Shown in pieces: positions 57,558 to 64,000 of a stretch of 64,000 bases of DNA. Position 1 is the stretch's first letter. Every line of letters starts with the position of its first letter. The position numbers and the translations under genes are program-made. The notes below the pieces were generated by a model, which did not search any database, was not told where the DNA came from, and saw nothing but the letters and a program-made list of their open reading frames with translations. This DNA comes from Candidatus Latescibacterota bacterium (GTDB taxonomy: Bacteria > Latescibacterota > UBA2968), in the NCBI GenBank assembly GCA_965207885.1, contig OZ242311.1, forward strand, positions 4,352,001 through 4,416,000. The letters run 5' to 3'.

Positions 57558-58310
57558 ATGAGTTTAGAACCCATTCAAACACAGGATATAAAACGCCCAT
57601 CCAGGTCATTAATTGATGCGTTATCACATATTGGCAGTGCCACAGCAAGTGGAGAATTATTTAAGCTGGGCATCCGCAATGCCCAAATTTTGGGGCCCCT
57701 TCCCCGAACGCCGGGCAAATCAATTTGTGGCCCGGCACTGACGCTACAATTTATGCCCAAACGAGAAGATCTGCATTCATCGGGAGAATATCAAGGGCCG
57801 GAAAGACAATTGCATCGCCATGTGCTATATCACACACAACCGGGCGATGTGGTTGTAGTCGATGCTCGGGGCGACATGAGCAGTGGCGTTTTTGGCGAGA
57901 TGATGCTGACCTATTTTTCCGGCCAGGGCGGTCAAGGTGCAATTGTCGATGGTTGTATTCGCGATTTTCCCCACGCCAGGGAATTAAACCTCGGCTTATG
58001 GCTTAAAGGAACAACGCCCAATTTTCACGCGCAAACCAATATTTTCCCCCACGCCGTGAATGTCCCGATAGCGTGTGGTGACACACTTGTAATGCCCGGC
58101 GATATTATTATTGCCGACGACGACGGCGCCGTGGTAGTACCGATTAAACTCGCGCCTGAATTGGCAGAAAAAGCGACCGAACACGCCGAATGGGAAGTCT
58201 TTAGCCGAATGAAACTCGCCGAAGGCGGCGACCTGCGGAAATATTATCCACTGACAGATGAAGCGCGTGTAGAATATGAAGCGTGGCAAAAGGAACAAGG
58301 AGAGGCGTAA
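57558..58310 (+). CDS. RraA-like / HMG-CHA aldolase family protein
   Basis: 'GPALTL', 'GDVVVVDA', 'GVFGEMM', 'DGCIRD', 'PGDIIIADDDGAVVVP'. Confidence 0.85.
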   Translation: MSLEPIQTQDIKRPSRSLIDALSHIGSATASGELFKLGIRNAQILGPLPRTPGKSICGPALTLQFMPKREDLHSSGEYQGPERQLHRHVLYHTQPGDVVVVDARGDMSSGVFGEMMLTYFSGQGGQGAIVDGCIRDFPHARELNLGLWLKGTTPNFHAQTNIFPHAVNVPIACGDTLVMPGDIIIADDDGAVVVPIKLAPELAEKATEHAEWEVFSRMKLAEGGDLRKYYPLTDEARVEYEAWQKEQGEA

Positions 58311-58338
58311 GACGTAAGTGGTCAGACAGTGTGGCGCT

Positions 58339-59277
58339 TTACGCCTGCGCGTGTCTGGCCGCGCCTAAAATCCCCGCGTCATCGCCCAATTCAGCAGAAA
58401 CAATCTGCACATGTTCTTTTACACCAACAGTACCGCGATCCCAAAAAGTTCGCATCGCCGGATCAAAAATCCAATCACCCGCCTGTGCCAATCCGCCTGT
58501 TAGTGCAACGCGATCCACATTCAGTACATTCACCAGACTCACCAGCCCCACACCGAGGAAAAACCCCGTCTCCTCAAACATCTGCATTGCAAAATCATCA
58601 CCTGTCTCTGCCGCTTCAAAAATAACCTGTGTGGTCAAACCCCCGGCTTTCAGAGACGTCTCCGGCTTTTCCCCTTCAAGTCTTTCCAGCGTGCGGCGCA
58701 CCATGGCCGTGGCCGATGCATACATCTCCAAACATCCAAAATTACCACACGGACAGCGCGGTCCATTGTGATCCACTGTAATATGCCCCACCTCGGCCGC
58801 ATTGCCATTAAACCCGTGCATAACCCGTCCCTCGCTAATCCATCCACCGCCAACTCCCGTGCCCAGAGTCACGCACAAAAAGTGATCAACACCTCGACCA
58901 GCTCCCAGCCATTGCTCGCCATAAGCCGCTAAATTTGCATCATTATCCACCACCACGCCCAGACCGAGCAATGCCTCCAGGCGATCCTTTAACCGCACAC
59001 CGTGCATACACTGCAAATTCTCGGGCGATATGATCACGCCCTCAAACGGATCTAATGGACCGGGCGCACCAACCCCTACCCCCTGTACTTCTGCCAGTGA
59101 AATCCCACCATCTCGCGCAGCCGCACGCGCACATTCGGCAATGCCATATATCACACCCTCAGCACCCAGATGCAATCGCGTCGGTCCCCGCGCCCTACCT
59201 ACAATCTCCCCAGACGCTGTCACAAGCCCCGCGCGCGTATTGGTGCCCCCTAAATCTATGCCAATCGTCAAACTCAT
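58339..59277 (-). CDS. ROK family sugar kinase (glucokinase-like)
   Basis: 'IGIDLGGT', 'NDAN', 'TLGTGVGGG', 'EVGH...CPCG..GCLE'. Confidence 0.92.
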   Translation of the reverse strand: MSLTIGIDLGGTNTRAGLVTASGEIVGRARGPTRLHLGAEGVIYGIAECARAAARDGGISLAEVQGVGVGAPGPLDPFEGVIISPENLQCMHGVRLKDRLEALLGLGVVVDNDANLAAYGEQWLGAGRGVDHFLCVTLGTGVGGGWISEGRVMHGFNGNAAEVGHITVDHNGPRCPCGNFGCLEMYASATAMVRRTLERLEGEKPETSLKAGGLTTQVIFEAAETGDDFAMQMFEETGFFLGVGLVSLVNVLNVDRVALTGGLAQAGDWIFDPAMRTFWDRGTVGVKEHVQIVSAELGDDAGILGAARHAQA

Positions 59278-59915
59278 TTTTCCACTCGCGCCTGCGCCAC
59301 AGCATCTACAAAAGATTTTGCCGTTGCCGTCAAAGATGCCCAGTCTTTATTATCCACAGCCACCTTATCGACCATCGCACTGCCAGCCCCCACAGCCACC
59401 GCGCCATTTTTGATAAACTCGGGCGTTGTATTGGCATCCACCCCACCCGTGGGCATGAGCTTCACCTGTGGCAAAGGACCCAGAATATCCTTAAAATAAG
59501 ACGGTCCCCCCACGCCAGCGGGAAACACCTTGACCACATCGGATCCCGCCTGCCAAGCCGTCAAAATTTCTGTAGGCGTAAACCCTGCGGGCATCACGGC
59601 CTTGCCATACCGCTTGCTCATCTCAATCACCGCCGTATTCAAAATGGGACTCACCACATATTCTGCGCCGGATAGAATTGCTGCCCGCGCCGTCTCTGGA
59701 TCGAGCACAGACCCCACCCCAATAATCGTATCTGCCATCTTTGCCGACGCTTCTTCAATCACCTTCAGCGCCCCCGGCACCGTCATCGTCACCTCAATCG
59801 CCACCACACCGCCTTCGCGCAACGCTTTTGACACATCCATCAACTGCGACGGATTATCTGCCCGCAATACAGCGACCACACCGCAGTCAATAATGCGATC
59901 CACAGTACTAGCCAT
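59274..59915 (-). CDS. eda: KDPG/KHG aldolase
   Basis: 'VVAVLR', 'IEVT', 'GVGSV', 'VVSP', 'TPTE', 'VKVFP', 'MPTGGV'. Confidence 0.93.
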   Translation of the reverse strand: MASTVDRIIDCGVVAVLRADNPSQLMDVSKALREGGVVAIEVTMTVPGALKVIEEASAKMADTIIGVGSVLDPETARAAILSGAEYVVSPILNTAVIEMSKRYGKAVMPAGFTPTEILTAWQAGSDVVKVFPAGVGGPSYFKDILGPLPQVKLMPTGGVDANTTPEFIKNGAVAVGAGSAMVDKVAVDNKDWASLTATAKSFVDAVAQARVEK

Positions 59916-59989
59916 TTTCCTCTCCCAAAAATTAACCTCTCTCCAAAATAGAGAGAGGCGTTGTGTTATTGGCACATTCATCTCGGATT

Positions 59990-61033
59990 CTATCGTCTAA
60001 TCCGCGCACTCTCACCCTTCATCGCACTCTCGGCTTCCGCGCGCGTAGCCCAGTTCACATCCCCCGGGAACGTATGTGCCAGAGCCGAATAAGCCCCTGC
60101 AAAATCCACAATATCCTGAGCTGGCTCGCCCTCGAGCACCCCGGCAATAATACCCGCTGAAAAATTATCGCCACCACCCACGCGATCCACCATCTCTAAA
60201 TTTTCGTAAATGCGCGACAAATAAAACTCACTGCCATCGTAAAGCAGCGTGCGCCAGTCATTTAGCAACCCTGTCTTCGCAACGCGCAGGGTTGTACCCA
60301 CAAGTGTCACATTTGGATATTGCGATATGGCCTTCCGCGCGACATCTTTATAGCTTTCGGGATCAAGCGCATCGTAATCGCCCGACGTGCCTTCGGCTTT
60401 GAGTCCCATCGTCTTTTCAAAATCTTCTTCATTGCCGATAAGCACCTGCACATGCGGAATACACTTTGCAATCGTCTCCTGCGCTTGTTCTGCACTCCAC
60501 AATTTAGATCTGAAATTGAGATCAAAACTCGTAGTCACACCTGCATCGCGGGCTGCTACCAGTGCCTCTACTGTAGCCTCTGCCGCACCTTCGGACAACG
60601 CGGGTGTAATCCCACTGACGTGAAACCACTTGCTCCCTTCAAAAATAGATGCCCAATCCACCATCCCCGGCTCGATATTCATAATCGCGGTGTGGCCTCT
60701 GTCATACGTCACGGCACTCGCACGCGGTCCCACACCCACCTCCATATGATAAAACCCATTGCGCTCGAGACCCACACCATCAAAATCCGTCCACAAAATA
60801 TTGGACATATCCACCCCGTGCTCGCGCCCCTTGTTGCGAATAATCCAACCCGTCCAATTATCGACCAGGCGGGACACCCACGCCGCCTTCAAACCCAAAT
60901 GCGCGCAACCGACCGCGACATTGTATTCTCCCCCACCGATCTCGACATCGAGTTTACTCGCATTCTCCAATCGGCGGTATTCTGGCGAAGACAACCGAAT
61001 CATCGCCTCGCCAAAAGTCACCACATCGTACAT
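59990..61033 (-). CDS. kdgK: 2-dehydro-3-deoxygluconokinase (PfkB family)
   Basis: 'VTFGEAMIRLS', 'GGGEYNVA', 'HVSGITPAL', 'DLNFRSKLW', 'DRVGGGDNF'; adjacent to eda. Confidence 0.88.
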   Translation of the reverse strand: MYDVVTFGEAMIRLSSPEYRRLENASKLDVEIGGGEYNVAVGCAHLGLKAAWVSRLVDNWTGWIIRNKGREHGVDMSNILWTDFDGVGLERNGFYHMEVGVGPRASAVTYDRGHTAIMNIEPGMVDWASIFEGSKWFHVSGITPALSEGAAEATVEALVAARDAGVTTSFDLNFRSKLWSAEQAQETIAKCIPHVQVLIGNEEDFEKTMGLKAEGTSGDYDALDPESYKDVARKAISQYPNVTLVGTTLRVAKTGLLNDWRTLLYDGSEFYLSRIYENLEMVDRVGGGDNFSAGIIAGVLEGEPAQDIVDFAGAYSALAHTFPGDVNWATRAEAESAMKGESARIRR

Positions 61034-61061
61034 ATAGTCCTCCCTAAAAATTAGCAGTCAG

Positions 61062-61748
61062 CTACTCATCCGATCCGCCCAAAAAACCCGCCATCCACAA
61101 CAAGCGCAACAACTCCAAAATCGCCACCAGTGCTGATGCGACATAAGTCAGCGCGGCGGCATTCAAAACCTTGCGCGAAGCGGGGATCTCATCAGGCGTC
61201 AAATATCCGCCATCTGCCAGAATCTGAATAGCCCGACTACTCGCATTAAATTCAACTGGCAGGGTGACAATACTGAAAACCACAGCAGCCGAAAAGAACA
61301 CAATGCCCAAAAAAATGAGTTCAAACCAGCTAAAAAGAAATCCGGCAATAAGAAAAACCCATGCCATCTTCGATCCAATATTTGCAACTGGGACCAAACT
61401 CGTCCGAAGAGACAAAGGAACATAGCCCTGCGCGTGTTGAAACGCATGCCCAGCTTCGTGAGCAGCCACGCCAATCGCAGCTAAGGAGCGATTTCCGTAC
61501 ACACTTTCCGATAGACGCAACATGCGATCTCTCGGATCGTAGTGATCTGTCAAATGCCCTTGTACAGGCTCCACGCCCACGGGCAAACCGCCTCGACGCA
61601 AAATATCTCGCGCGACCTGATCCGCAGTCGCACCGCTTTGCGCAACAAAATCATCGTATTTGCGAAACGTTCTTTTTACCTTGAATTGCGCCCACAGCGT
61701 AATCGCTATTCCCACAAACATCACCATCAAACCTTCCAGCATGACCAT
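61062..61748 (-). CDS. Membrane zinc metallopeptidase (Zn_peptidase_2, YugP-like)
   Basis: 'LTDHYDP', HExxH 'AAHEAGHAFQH', 'TLPVEFNASSRA', 'AAALTYV'. Confidence 0.9.
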   Translation of the reverse strand: MVMLEGLMVMFVGIAITLWAQFKVKRTFRKYDDFVAQSGATADQVARDILRRGGLPVGVEPVQGHLTDHYDPRDRMLRLSESVYGNRSLAAIGVAAHEAGHAFQHAQGYVPLSLRTSLVPVANIGSKMAWVFLIAGFLFSWFELIFLGIVFFSAAVVFSIVTLPVEFNASSRAIQILADGGYLTPDEIPASRKVLNAAALTYVASALVAILELLRLLWMAGFLGGSDE

Positions 61749-61763
61749 TTCCTCCTGAATCGA

Positions 61764-62699
61764 TTAACCAAATCTCTCCCCGACCTCAATGCGATATCCC
61801 CGCACAAAATCAGCACCGGACATGCGCTTTTTACCTGCTGGTTGCACCTCGTCCAGCGCGAGAACTCCCTCGCCCGTTCCCACGACAAGTCCGCGTTTCC
61901 CATCTGCACCAATCACGATGCCCGCTTCTCCCATCCCCGTGTCAACTTTTGCCCGGTGAACCTTCAGCAATTTGTTGCGCCAGAGTGTAAACGCCCCCGG
62001 AAAAGGATTGGTTCCCCGAATGAGATTGCGAATATCTCCAGCACCTTTTGACCAGTCAATTTCCCCATCTTCTTTCTCTAATTTTGGAGCGCGACTCACC
62101 CCTGCATCCGTCTGCGGCACGGCAATAACAGAACCATCTGCCATGCCATCAATAGCCCGAATGAGCAACTCAGCGCCCATCACCTTCAACCGTTCATACA
62201 GTTCGCCCGCCGTCTCATCGTCCCCAATCGCCATCTTTTGTTGAATTAAAATATCGCCGGCATCCACGCGCGGCGATAGTCGAAAAATGGTCACACCCGT
62301 CTCGGTCTCACCATTCATAATAGCCCATTGAATAGGCGCTGCTCCGCGGTATTTGGGCAACAGAGAGGGATGGACATTCACAGACCCCAATTTGGGAATC
62401 GCCAGCACAGAACGCGGCAAAATCAGAAAAGCCACCACCACAAGTAAATCTGGTTCCAGAGCCTGCAACTGCGCGTAAAAATTCTCATCTCTGAGCGACT
62501 CGGGCTGCAGAACCGGCACATCCAACCCCAGCGACACAACCGCAGCCTTCACATCGGTTGGTTGCATCTGCTGACCCCGACCACGTGGCCTGTCTGGTCG
62601 TGTCACCACGCCCACAAGATCATGACCGCTTTGAGCCACGCTCACAAGCGACGGCACCGCAAAATCGGGCGTGCCCATAAACACTACCCTCATCGCCAA
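61764..62699 (-). CDS. fmt: Methionyl-tRNA formyltransferase
   Basis: 'FMGTPDFA', 'NVHPSLLPKYRGAAPI', 'DAGDI', 'PFPGA'. Confidence 0.96.
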   Translation of the reverse strand: MAMRVVFMGTPDFAVPSLVSVAQSGHDLVGVVTRPDRPRGRGQQMQPTDVKAAVVSLGLDVPVLQPESLRDENFYAQLQALEPDLLVVVAFLILPRSVLAIPKLGSVNVHPSLLPKYRGAAPIQWAIMNGETETGVTIFRLSPRVDAGDILIQQKMAIGDDETAGELYERLKVMGAELLIRAIDGMADGSVIAVPQTDAGVSRAPKLEKEDGEIDWSKGAGDIRNLIRGTNPFPGAFTLWRNKLLKVHRAKVDTGMGEAGIVIGADGKRGLVVGTGEGVLALDEVQPAGKKRMSGADFVRGYRIEVGERFG

Positions 62700-62713
62700 A
62701 TTTCACCTTTCTA

Positions 62714-64000
<1,287 letters not shown>

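Noticed and set aside
59936-59958. CCTCTCTC/GAGAGAGG hairpin between kdgK and eda as a novel RNA element
   Set aside because: Single 8-bp stem, adequately explained as a weak terminator or mRNA stabiliser

Overview
Bacterial chromosomal window, mostly housekeeping: dppA/B/C, a lysine riboswitch with dapA-dapB, hrcA-grpE-dnaJ, glnA, uppS-cdsA-dxr-rseP, a dcw cluster, and tgt-yajC-fmt-kdgK-eda. Interspersed are catabolic genes (two sulfatases, two PhyH dioxygenases, a DMFase-beta-like protein) and secreted repeat proteins. The gene content resembles FCB-related (Latescibacterota/Gemmatimonadota-like) sponge symbionts; this is inference only. Main points of interest: (1) a ~3.9 kb accessory block splits dppA from dppB and carries an LRR protein, an MNT-HEPN fusion and a self-contained three-gene operon with a stand-alone Tse2-like (R-S-H) toxin candidate and probable immunity gene; (2) a structured glnA leader with a 10-bp anti-Shine-Dalgarno helix competing with another stem; (3) a dcw cluster lacking mraY, murD and murG; (4) a 635-aa transaldolase-family gene behind the lysine-riboswitch dapAB; (5) a secreted CxxCH/temptin-like protein; (6) heptamer micro-repeats on many stop codons; (7) a RuvC-less TnpB remnant. 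No rRNA, tRNA or CRISPR array was recognised. All family calls come from motif recognition by eye, not database searches.
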